NCBI GenBank assembly: GCA_963806855.1
Contig: CAWDYW010000001.1
Coordinates: 832,001-896,000, forward strand
Length of the DNA: 64,000 nucleotides
Direction of reading: 5' to 3'
Source: an uncultured Verrucomicrobiae bacterium
GTDB lineage: Bacteria > Chlamydiota > Chlamydiia > Chlamydiales > Rhabdochlamydiaceae
Position 1 is the stretch's first letter. Every line of letters starts with the position of its first letter. Shown here in pieces: positions 1-8,273 of this stretch. The notes under the pieces were generated by a model, which saw only the letters and a program-made list of their open reading frames with translations, was not told the origin of the DNA and did no database searches. The position numbers and the translations under genes were made by a program.

Positions 1-38
1 CTGATAATGCTTTAAGAGGAATTTCGTTTTTTCAATCT

Positions 39-1043
39 TTAGATAGGGAAAGAGGCGAGCGAATTGATAGAGGCTCCTTCAAGGATTTTTCCAAACATTG
101 TGCTGAGAGTTTCCAAATTTCGGAATTCGAAGAGCCCTTTGTTAGGGTCAAAGGCAAATAACCTTTCCCCAGTCTGATAAAAAGTTATAAGATGACCATT
201 CTCATTTTCTCTATGAAAACTCACAAATACGAGGCTATTCTGAAATTTTTCAAGGGTGAGGTAAATTGATAAAATCGGATCGTCCATTTGACTTCGTACA
301 ACATAATAGTGATCAGGAACTCGATCAAGTAGTAACCCTAGAAAAGTTTTCGCATGTTCTGGAAAGAACACCACTCGAGCATCGGTGGAGGGATCGATAG
401 AATAATAAAGAGGTTGATTGACCGAATATTCATGGACATATTTTTTGAAATCCGGGTTTTCGGTAAATTTCTCAATGATTTCTTTGCAGGTCATCTCATT
501 GGATGGTGGATTGGCTAAGAGATATCGACCAAATAAATAACTAATACCAGAGCAGTGTCCTCCTGTAAGAGCTGCTTTGACTGTTTTTTTGTGAAAGCCA
601 TTTTCTGAAAAAAGTTTCTCTAAAGCATCTCCATGATTCTGATTTTGACAATCTGAGCAAGAATCTTGGTCAAAATTAAGATAAGAATAATAATAATCCT
701 TAAATGTCCCTGTTCCAATTCTCTGAAAACCTGGCTTGAATTCTTCCAATTGTAAGTGTTGATTTTGTTCGATTTTTTCCTTGATACGATCTTTTAATTG
801 TTCCGGCAATCTTTCAAAGAACTCATTATTTAATTTTCCTGTGTCAGATGTAAGCGTGGGTTGATCTCGGTTTTGAACGATTTCTATACGAGAAGGATTT
901 AGTTTTGGAGCAGTACAGTATTGGGTAGTTAATTTGTAGACTCCATATGCAGCTATGACAGTGAGAGATGCAAAGATGGTCTGCTTTATTGTTGGAACAT
1001 AGGGTTCAAAATAATGAATAGTATTGGCGATTTTTGTTATCAT
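39..1043 (-). CDS. Putative YopT/AvrPphB-like (peptidase C58) cysteine protease, candidate secreted effector
   Basis: 334-aa ORF with GGHCSGIS...GHLITF...FAFDPNKGLFEF, the Cys-His-Asp motif order of C58 proteases; N-terminal hydrophobic segment. Confidence 0.55.
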   Translation of the reverse strand: MITKIANTIHYFEPYVPTIKQTIFASLTVIAAYGVYKLTTQYCTAPKLNPSRIEIVQNRDQPTLTSDTGKLNNEFFERLPEQLKDRIKEKIEQNQHLQLEEFKPGFQRIGTGTFKDYYYSYLNFDQDSCSDCQNQNHGDALEKLFSENGFHKKTVKAALTGGHCSGISYLFGRYLLANPPSNEMTCKEIIEKFTENPDFKKYVHEYSVNQPLYYSIDPSTDARVVFFPEHAKTFLGLLLDRVPDHYYVVRSQMDDPILSIYLTLEKFQNSLVFVSFHRENENGHLITFYQTGERLFAFDPNKGLFEFRNLETLSTMFGKILEGASINSLASFPI

Positions 1044-1168
1044 AAAAGTTATTGTATCATAAATAAATTGTATTATTCAATAAAAAAGCTGGGAAATGCA
1101 AAAAGTAAAAATTAATGTTTTAATTACTATTTCAATGGGTCAGTATATGGATTATCTACATAGGAGAA

Positions 1169-1221
1169 TGGGGGCGGTTGGAATCGAATCAACGGAGACC
1201 GAAGTCGAGGGATTTACAGTC
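1169..1221 (-). repeat. Displaced 3' half of tRNA-Tyr (att-like core, copy 1)
   Basis: Matches 13018-13070 with 2 mismatches; identity stops just past the anticodon loop (gatttacagtc). Confidence 0.9.
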
Positions 1222-1356
1222 ATACGAAAACTAGTTATCCCATCCAACCCCAATACCTAACAATAAAACCTTCAGTTTCTTACGCCGATTACTTGATTGC
1301 CAAGTATTGCACATTCCTGTGATTTTTAGCCATTGATCCCCCCATAATCCGCCCAT
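1222..1356. repeat. Conserved att arm, copy 1
   Basis: 135-bp ungapped homology to 7237-7371, ending in ccccccat-aat-ccgcccat. Confidence 0.85.
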
Positions 1357-1568
1357 GAACATCTTAGCTATAACTCTGCGAGCCATCGAGATTAATCTGG
1401 CTATAGATATGCCGTCTTAAGGAAAACACCCAGTCGGCAGACTTTTTTTGTCCGGTTCTGCGATAAGCTTTTGTGGATGAGAATGATGTAAATAGTAATA
1501 TATAAGTAATTTTTTGACTATTTTTAAACAATAAAAATTGTTATAATTATTGCTTTAGGAGAAAAAAG

Positions 1569-3206
1569 ATGAGTAATTTAGCCATTAATAATTTCTGTAA
1601 AACTATAGAAATTGTGCCGATCTGCCAAATTATAGGCTCAGGAGCAATCCCCCTGGCCCTAACTACAATAGGTGCGATTGGACTGGCCGTTGGCTGCAAA
1701 ATTTATTGGCATTGGCATACACAACCAACAGCCAAAGCGGATACTTTCAATCTGGATGTTGACAAAGAATATAATCGCTGTGGATTGGAGGTCCTAAGAG
1801 CTCTAGATGCTCCTGGAAATGTAGAAGAAAAGCTCCAAACTTTTAAGAATTTTACCGGATCGATCAAACGCTCAGGAGTGAGGTATAATGAATCTCTTCC
1901 CATATGGGGAAAATTGGCTGAGAAGTATTTAGAGATTGCAAAAGGGACCCTAACGACACCTACTCAATTAGAGGAAGTAAACTATTTTATCAATGAATTG
2001 CAGGAAAGAGCGAAAAGTAACACAACCACTTATGAATGGTTTTCTCTATTTTGCGACCGATTGACGATTTTAATGTCAGATCCAAAATTAAGAGGAGTTG
2101 CAACTACAGACGACCTGATCGTTTTTGACTTTTACCGTATGAATTTAGAAAGAAAAAAAGAAAAGGGAATCTTCTGTTGGCTAACTCATGACTCTTATCT
2201 GCGTGCCTGTAATGAAGTTGGAGAGAAGCATACAATTGACCGCTACTCACCTGCTGCTCTTTGCAAACGGCTTTTCCCCAATGTTGTCATGATGCCTTTT
2301 CCCTTTGATTTAGACTGCTCAACCATTGTCCTTTCATTCCCAGAGCTGGGTGAAAATGCTTCTGAGGATGAAAATCTATGGCTTCTCGGTTTCGTCAAAA
2401 AACCGGAAATTGCTGATGACATTCTCTTCAGCCCTTCTCGATTTTATATGCATGATCAATTTCATCTCCTCACATATCTATCCTTATTATCCTTTGAAAT
2501 AAATTTTTATCCAGAAGGCTCTGAATCACCAATAAGTCACTTAATAAAAAACTGGCAAGGGCTAGCTCTTACTGCTTTGAAAAAAATGAAGGAAATTATC
2601 CGAACAAGTAAGATAGGAGATGAAAAACTTATTAATAGTTTTTTAGCATTTATTTTATTTCATGAAAAAATAGATTCACTGCCAGTTCAACTCAACAGAG
2701 TCGTTGAAATGGATCAAAATCAGGCAAAGAGTTTAACAGGTCTTCTTCATGATTTTGAGGGAGCTTTAACATCTAGATTTGCGAAATTACTCCCAATAAA
2801 AGTGATCGAGCAAGCTGGTTATTGCAGGAGAGCGAAACCATCAATCAATTGGGAACTATTGAGTCAATATGCAGCAAGCTTTGTCTCTTTATTTCAAAAG
2901 GATCCTGAATTTATAAAACAATTGTCATCCGAGATAGAGAAATTTAATAAACTATCATCTGATTTTATTTTAATAGATTGTCCTTTACAAGAAGAATTTC
3001 CATTTTATGCAGCTTCTGGTGGCATCCTTTACTCAAAACTTGAGAAATATTCCTCTACTGCAGAATTTAAAAAATTAGAAACCAGTCGGAAAATGACCAA
3101 TGGTATCATCATAGCCCCTCTTATTCGTCAACAACACTTTCATCTTTCTACAGATGCTTATGAATCTATTCACGATAAACTTGTAGAAATTGGAATGAGG
3201 CAGTGA
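1569..3206 (+). CDS. Hypothetical protein, effector-like (N-terminal membrane segment; HDxxH and HE motifs)
   Basis: 545-aa ORF, AGGAG RBS upstream; no recognised family. Confidence 0.75.
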   Translation: MSNLAINNFCKTIEIVPICQIIGSGAIPLALTTIGAIGLAVGCKIYWHWHTQPTAKADTFNLDVDKEYNRCGLEVLRALDAPGNVEEKLQTFKNFTGSIKRSGVRYNESLPIWGKLAEKYLEIAKGTLTTPTQLEEVNYFINELQERAKSNTTTYEWFSLFCDRLTILMSDPKLRGVATTDDLIVFDFYRMNLERKKEKGIFCWLTHDSYLRACNEVGEKHTIDRYSPAALCKRLFPNVVMMPFPFDLDCSTIVLSFPELGENASEDENLWLLGFVKKPEIADDILFSPSRFYMHDQFHLLTYLSLLSFEINFYPEGSESPISHLIKNWQGLALTALKKMKEIIRTSKIGDEKLINSFLAFILFHEKIDSLPVQLNRVVEMDQNQAKSLTGLLHDFEGALTSRFAKLLPIKVIEQAGYCRRAKPSINWELLSQYAASFVSLFQKDPEFIKQLSSEIEKFNKLSSDFILIDCPLQEEFPFYAASGGILYSKLEKYSSTAEFKKLETSRKMTNGIIIAPLIRQQHFHLSTDAYESIHDKLVEIGMRQ

Positions 3207-3252
3207 AGCACCACAACTGTTGGAGTCAGCCCTGATTTAAGCATTTGTCAGA

Positions 3253-3340
3253 TTCGAGTCCAAACGAAAGCCAAACTTTTGGCTTTCTCCGCCCCCAAAA
3301 ATAAAAATACCCGCTACTTCGTGCGGGATTTTTGGGGGTG
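3253..3340. repeat. Partial tRNA-derived repeat unit plus spacer B
   Basis: ttcgagtccaaacgaaagccaaacttttggctttctccgccccc followed by spacer B and ggggg, as in the 6575-7184 array. Confidence 0.9.
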
Positions 3341-3422
3341 GCTGGACGCATTCAGAACTTTTGTTAGTTTAGAAAGCCTTGAGTTGGTAAAATCCTTCCT
3401 AAGGAATTGGGGGTAATTGATT

Positions 3423-3722
3423 ATGGATAAGTCAATCGTTCTTTGGGTAAAAATCACACCAAAGCCCGAGTTTTTTAAGGATACAAAGGAAGCGATGTTG
3501 AAAATCATTCCTCAAGCTTTAGAAGATAAAGGATGCAAATGTTTTTCTTTGCATGAATCAAATATGGAAGGAGATCACTCGTTTTATTTATATGAGATTT
3601 TTGATTCTCAGGATGCGTATACTCGATACGCCGAACAGCCTTTTTCTTTAAAAATAAGAGAATTGTTTAAGCTTTGGTTAGCTTGTCCTCCTTCTTTAAT
3701 TAAATTATCAAAAGTACTATGA
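3423..3722 (+). CDS. ABM-family (putative quinol) monooxygenase
   Basis: ~100 aa; EDKGC..FSLH...FYLYEIF.S..AY pattern typical of the ABM fold. Confidence 0.75.
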   Translation: MDKSIVLWVKITPKPEFFKDTKEAMLKIIPQALEDKGCKCFSLHESNMEGDHSFYLYEIFDSQDAYTRYAEQPFSLKIRELFKLWLACPPSLIKLSKVL

Positions 3723-3778
3723 AAAAAGACCTGAAAAATTTCGGGTCTTGCGTTTTGAGTGGCTCGACAAAAAGAACG

Positions 3779-3904
3779 GCCCTTTTTCAGCCTCAGATCA
3801 TTGAGCGCAAATCCTTTGACAATGAATTCGCGAAGCGTGTTAGTAGCCCATATCCTAAAATGAGTAGCTTTCATTGAGTTAACTCGATACCCCACTGCAA
3901 TGAC
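3779..3904 (-). pseudogene. RhuM-family virulence protein fragment
   Basis: IAVGYRVNS.KATHFRIWAT..LREFIVKGFALND.RLK is the RhuM core motif; only ~40 aa present. Confidence 0.8.
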
Positions 3905-4016
3905 GCATCCAAGTCTCGCATTGAGCTGGTTGTCAAACTTCAAAAATCAACGCCCGAATTTCGGCGGCAGCTTTTAATCCATTCGCTATACTGGGTTGTA
4001 ATCAAGAGGCAAAGGG

Positions 4017-4094
4017 ATGATAACCACCAAGACAAAGAAAAAATATTACAAAGCCCTAATCGATAAAAATCCAGAGTATGAAGGCCTTTTCTAG
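4017..4094 (+). pseudogene. Ada-like N-terminal fragment
   Basis: Manual translation MITTKTKKKYYKALIDKNPEYEGLF* resembles the start of the Ada Zn-binding domain; truncated at CTAG. Confidence 0.55.
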
Positions 4095-4109
4095 CTCCGA
4101 TGGAGAAAG

Positions 4110-4240
4110 GTTTTGATTTTTAATGCCACATTAATGGAGATTTTGAGCAGCTTTTCAAGCCCCTCAGGCCCAAGACATTTTCTCCATCTTGTAAGAGAAG
4201 TTGGATGTGCTGGAAGTTCCCATGCAAAAAATCGTATCCG
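4110..4240 (-). pseudogene. IS5-family transposase fragment
   Basis: FFAWELPAHPTSLTRWRKCLGPEGLEKLL resembles the IS5 N-terminal P.DPSSLTRWRKR.G.EG motif. Confidence 0.65.
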
Positions 4241-4249
4241 CAAAAAGCT

Positions 4250-4348
4250 TTTTTGGGCAATTTCTACCATGGCATCATTGAAATCTATGCCTTCACAAGA
4301 ATAACCGCATTGCTCTAGCATTGAAAGATGTGTTCCAGTGCCACAGCT
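4250..4348 (-). pseudogene. Class I SAM methyltransferase fragment
   Basis: CGTGTHLSMLEQCGYSCEGIDFNDAMVEIAQK covers motif I/II. Confidence 0.65.
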
Positions 4349-4356
4349 AAAAAATC

Positions 4357-4394
4357 CTTAACGTGTTTTAAATCCCGGTTTCTGAGACGACCCC
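4357..4394 (-). mobile_element. 38-bp Tn3-family (Tn21-like) terminal inverted repeat
   Basis: Reverse complement GGGGTCGTCTCAGAAACCGGGATTTAAAACACGTTAAG: 38 bp, GGGG start and TAAG end, close to the Tn21 IR as recalled. Confidence 0.8.
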
Positions 4395-4411
4395 AAGTAG
4401 CAAAATGGTAA

Positions 4412-4798
4412 TTAAAAATCTTCTCGTATGGAATCAAGCATGACAAGCTCTTCCCCCTTTTTTATGTTTCTCTGAGCAATGTCCATTTGCTTCTCAAAAT
4501 CAGGTATTACATTACATATGTTTGGGTCTGTAGACCGATTTATATGTCTTTCTGGATCTGGATAAAAATATAGAACACCGTTGCGTTTGTGGCAGAAGTT
4601 GCTTTTTTCATATTTAGGAAGATTGAGATATTCATCATCTGTTAAAATCTTCAAACTCCATTTTATCAATACCTCCCCTTTCTTAAAGTTTCTATTAGCA
4701 TAAGCGCCTAGGCCATCTTCAAATTGACCAATTCCTGATTGTTTTATTAAAATATCTCCAAAATATTGTTCGATATCAGTCGAATCCTTTTTTTTCAT
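4412..4798 (-). CDS. Small SET-domain protein
   Basis: GLGAYANRNFKKGE...HINRSTDPN...AQRNIKKGEEL SET motifs. Confidence 0.8.
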   Translation of the reverse strand: MKKKDSTDIEQYFGDILIKQSGIGQFEDGLGAYANRNFKKGEVLIKWSLKILTDDEYLNLPKYEKSNFCHKRNGVLYFYPDPERHINRSTDPNICNVIPDFEKQMDIAQRNIKKGEELVMLDSIREDF

Positions 4799-4839
4799 CT
4801 GACTTCTCCATGAGTTATATGATTTTCAGACATTCTGAT

Positions 4840-4863
4840 TTCTCCGTTTTCTGAGACGCCGCC
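4840..4863 (-). mobile_element. Degenerate Tn21-like IR
   Basis: Reverse complement GGCGGCGTCTCAGAAAACGGAGAA, same orientation as 4357-4394. Confidence 0.55.
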
Positions 4864-4911
4864 TTATTGTTCCTTTGCGCCTCACCCCCAGAATGGAATC
4901 AGGAAGAGGGG

Positions 4912-5394
4912 TTATGCAGGATGGCTAGTGCTGTCTACCTTATTTTCAATAACCGTTTTGGCGTTGCTAAAATCTTTTCTGACAGTATTTTTATGGAAAA
5001 CCCAACCAATTAAACTAATGCCTTGCCAACGTTTAGCAACATGGATTGCCAGAGTAGAATGTTGCCCTATCTGAAATAAACGCAATGACGAAATCTCGTT
5101 ACCAATTTTTAGGTCTATGACACCGTGATTCTTGTTTTCAACAAATGTCATCGGATAAGAATGACCGAATTGATCATCTACTTGATATACGTTGACCCCT
5201 TGTGAAGATATATTTTTTATCCAAAATGGATACAGTTTTTTATATTGAAGAGGGTCAGAAAAAGATTGCCACACAAGCTCATAGTCCCTACGGATAACAA
5301 GCGAATGAACATGATAGGGATTAACTGCTCTAATGGACAGTATAATTAAAGAAGCAATTAATAAAGCAACAAGTAGCAAAACACACATCATCAT
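4912..5394 (-). CDS. Hypothetical protein with N-terminal TM, possibly SRPBCC-like
   Basis: 160-aa ORF; hydrophobic N-terminus; VWQSFSDP motif. Confidence 0.6.
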   Translation of the reverse strand: MMMCVLLLVALLIASLIILSIRAVNPYHVHSLVIRRDYELVWQSFSDPLQYKKLYPFWIKNISSQGVNVYQVDDQFGHSYPMTFVENKNHGVIDLKIGNEISSLRLFQIGQHSTLAIHVAKRWQGISLIGWVFHKNTVRKDFSNAKTVIENKVDSTSHPA

Positions 5395-5651
5395 TTAACC
5401 AATTGAACAAAGAGCTCTTGCACCCCTTGATAGTATTTTAGGTAGCACCGGCATTAAAACCTATGAGACTGGACCAAACCATTATTGAGAGCCAGATTAC
5501 CACAAACGCAGAATCTTCTCCAATAGGTTATGATAAACCATAAGTATGCTGATTTGTGTATATTGGGGTTTAGGGAGCAATGGAACAGATAACTCCATTA
5601 AGAGGCCAAACAGTAGGGACTGAAGGAACTATTATTAAGAGCTTTTGCTGT

Positions 5652-5885
5652 TCAAAATCGGGAAGTACTGAGAAGAAGATTCATTTGCCGTCGCTCTAAA
5701 ATCGCCTCGGCTGAGTAAAAACCATGCTTAGTTTTCGCTTCTTTCATACGCTGCAAGCCTTCCGCAGTCCTCGGACCACAACTTTTTCCGCCATGCCATT
5801 TGCATCGCCCGTTTGCCATTGCAAAGTTTTTGCATCGACTATGGTCATCTGTCTTTGTTCTGGCTCCGCATTCTCGAGTATACAT
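5652..5885 (-). CDS. HGGxSTG-domain protein
   Basis: CGART...C...AMANGRCKWHGGKSCGPRTAEG...TKHGFYS. Confidence 0.85.
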   Translation of the reverse strand: MYTRECGARTKTDDHSRCKNFAMANGRCKWHGGKSCGPRTAEGLQRMKEAKTKHGFYSAEAILERRQMNLLLSTSRF

Positions 5886-6010
5886 GGGGTCGTCCCCTCC
5901 TTTAGGTGGTTGAGAAAAGGGGAGTTTTGTGCTGCTTTGATTTGGCCGAGTGCGTAAAATTTGAGTAATTTGCGTAAATGTCTTGACTTGACAGTATTCC
6001 AGAGAGCAAA

Positions 6011-6475
6011 ATGCAAATCGTGAATGCTCAATTCGATAAAGCTAAAACAGTTGAAATACTTATGAAACCCACTCAGCATCAAGAAACTTTCATCATGATT
6101 GAACGTCCGATTGTAATTGAATTCAAAAGCGAGAATTTAATAAATATTCTCAACCGTTTTCAGAAGATTCAGTTGATTGCAACTGAAAATAGAATTGAAT
6201 TCTCTGGAGAGTTTCCGATCCATACTCGATATTTCAGCAATGGCGATAGACCTCTTGTAGCTCTGGTAAAACATAGTGGAACTGCGAGATTACGATATGG
6301 AATTGGAAATGAGGATGTTGTAATACCTGATCAGAATTTTGTATTTTTTGATGATAGCGTGCCCCATGCATGGGTTTTCAACAAATGCAATCTAGAGATT
6401 TACTATTATCGCCTGACAGATAATGAACGACCTGCGCCCACAACAGGCGATTATTGCTTGGATAATTATTTCTAA
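6011..6475 (+). CDS. Hypothetical protein, possible cupin fold
   Basis: 154-aa ORF; FVFFDDSVPHAW resembles cupin motif 2. Confidence 0.55.
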   Translation: MQIVNAQFDKAKTVEILMKPTQHQETFIMIERPIVIEFKSENLINILNRFQKIQLIATENRIEFSGEFPIHTRYFSNGDRPLVALVKHSGTARLRYGIGNEDVVIPDQNFVFFDDSVPHAWVFNKCNLEIYYYRLTDNERPAPTTGDYCLDNYF

Positions 6476-6507
6476 TTGTTCTTGGGCTTTTCTCAGAAGT
6501 GCATCAT

Positions 6508-6573
6508 GTTAAATTGTCCAATTGGTTCGCCAGTTCCACAGCCTAAATCCAGCACTGTTGCACCTGGTTTTAG
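6508..6573 (-). pseudogene. Class I SAM methyltransferase fragment abutting the repeat array
   Basis: Manual translation LKPGATVLDLGCGTGEPIGQF. Confidence 0.65.
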
Positions 6574-6574
6574 A

Positions 6575-7184
6575 TTCGACTTCGAGTCCAAACGAAAGCC
6601 AAACTTTTGGCTTTCTCCGCCCCCAAAAAAATCAAAACCTCGCATTCGCGAGACATTTTTTTTGGGGGCGGTAGGCTCGCCCTCTCGCGGGGACTGCGTC
6701 TCCCGTCTCCAAGGGCCGGTCTCCGGCGGTCTCGCAAGCTCGACAACGCCTTCGACTTCGAGTCCAAACGAAAGCCAAACTTTTGGCTTCTTCCGCCCCC
6801 AAAAATAAAATACCCGCTACTTCGTGCGGGATTTTTGGGGGCGGTAGGCTCGCCCTCTCGCGGGGACTGCGTCTCCCGTCTCCAAGGGCCGGTCTACGGC
6901 GGTCTCGCAAGCTCGACAACGCCTCCGACTTCGAGTCCAAACGAAAGCCAAACTATTGGCTTTCTCCGCCCCCAAAAAAATCAAAACCTCGCATTCGCGA
7001 GGCATTTTTTTGGGGGCGGTAGGCTCGCCCTCTCGCGGGGACTGCGTCTCCCGTCTCCAAGGGCCGGTCTACGGCGGTCTCGCAAGCTCGACAACGCCTT
7101 CGACTTCGAGTCCAAACAGAAGCCAAACTTTTGGCTTCTTCCGCCCCCAAAAATAAAATACCCGCTACTTCGTGCGGGATTTTT
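6575..7184. repeat. Array of tRNA-Tyr-derived 137-bp palindromic units with alternating spacers A/B
   Basis: Half unit 6575-6624; full units 6664-6800, 6837-6973, 7012-7148; spacers A,B,A,B of 36-39 bp. Confidence 0.95.
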
Positions 7185-7236
7185 GGGGGCGGTTGGACTC
7201 GAACCAACGGAGACCGAAGTCGAGGGATTTACAGTC
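7184..7236 (-). repeat. Displaced 3' half of tRNA-Tyr (att-like core, copy 2)
   Basis: Identical to 13018-13070. Confidence 0.95.
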
Positions 7237-7371
7237 ATATAAAAACTAGTCACCACAATCAACCCCAATACCTAACAATAAAACCTTCAGCTTCTTACGC
7301 CGTTTACTTGATTGCCAAGTATTGCAGATTCTTGTGATTTATTGCCAGTAATCCCCCCATAAACCGCCCAT
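7237..7371. repeat. Conserved att arm, copy 2
   Basis: Homologous to 1222-1356. Confidence 0.85.
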
Positions 7372-7430
7372 CGAGTTCGAGAGGATCTTGATATTTACAG
7401 AGGGAGGATAGTTCTGCCGCGAAAGTGAAA

Positions 7431-8273
7431 TTATTCCAAAATCACAGGACCTCCTAGCCAAAAAACATCATTGGATTGATCCATTTTGAGTTCACCACCC
7501 AGTACTTGAATTGTCACAGTCGCATCGGGAAGGATGAACTTTTGTTCGATAGCCACTTTTGTGCAAGCTAAACTACCTGTTCCACAAGCCTTTGTTATGG
7601 CATAAACCCCTCGTTCATAGGTCAGTACCTCTAATCGATGTTGATCTATGCATCGGAAGCAATTGACGTTGATCCCATGAGGAAATCTTATCTTCCATCT
7701 GCTATTGAGTTGCAGCCCAATCTGAGATAAGAGTTCGGCGTCGAAAAAATCATCTGTGACTAGATGCGGCTCGACACAATCGACAAACCGGAATGTGTAG
7801 TGCGCCCGGTGAAAATCGAATATTAACTCCTCAGTAGTGAGAAGGGGTGTTCCCATTTTAACTAAGCTGCCCTCATTGCCATATTTGAACTCGTGCTCAC
7901 CCAGACGTGATACCAGGACAAACTGACGATGCACAACTCCATATTTTCGATGAAGATATAGACCAACTGCACGTGCTCCATTGCCACAAAAATCAGCTTC
8001 TGTTCTATCGGGCTCTAGTACGTGCATTTTTAGTTTTATGGTGTGGTCGTCTTCCTCTACTTTTCTAAGAACAAGAGCATCATCAACATGTGCCACACTC
8101 AGAATAGTCCATATTTTCTCTTTTACAGCTTCCCATTCTTGATTTGTGAACTCATTGCCCAAACAATCAAAGATAAGGAACGTATTGCCACATGCATCTG
8201 CATATGTGCCCTCTATCTGATGGTTATTGAGTAATAGTAATTGCTGTTGTTTTTGTGGTTTCATCATAATCAT
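7431..8273 (-). CDS. DapF-family epimerase/racemase (divergent)
   Basis: GNTF, CGNGARA, EPH, ERG...ACGTG two-cysteine motifs; exact start uncertain. Confidence 0.85.
   Translation of the reverse strand: MIMMKPQKQQQLLLLNNHQIEGTYADACGNTFLIFDCLGNEFTNQEWEAVKEKIWTILSVAHVDDALVLRKVEEDDHTIKLKMHVLEPDRTEADFCGNGARAVGLYLHRKYGVVHRQFVLVSRLGEHEFKYGNEGSLVKMGTPLLTTEELIFDFHRAHYTFRFVDCVEPHLVTDDFFDAELLSQIGLQLNSRWKIRFPHGINVNCFRCIDQHRLEVLTYERGVYAITKACGTGSLACTKVAIEQKFILPDATVTIQVLGGELKMDQSNDVFWLGGPVILE

Larger units (their letters stand above)
1222..6574. mobile_element. tRNA-Tyr-integrated island B (no integrase)
   Basis: Bounded by tRNA-Tyr 3' fragments at 1169 and 7184; AT-rich accessory genes and pseudogene debris. 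Confidence 0.65.

Noticed and set aside
6575..7184. CRISPR array
   Set aside because: Repeats are 137 bp, the 36-39-bp spacers are only two alternating hairpin sequences, and there are no cas genes in the window
7184..7236. Additional functional tRNA-Tyr genes at 7184 and 1169
   Set aside because: The D-arm and 5' acceptor strand are missing; these are att-type fragments
6476..7337. Many overlapping ORFs across the repeat arrays (also 12352-13142)
   Set aside because: Open frames arise from GC-rich repeats and tRNA antisense; no RBS or family motifs
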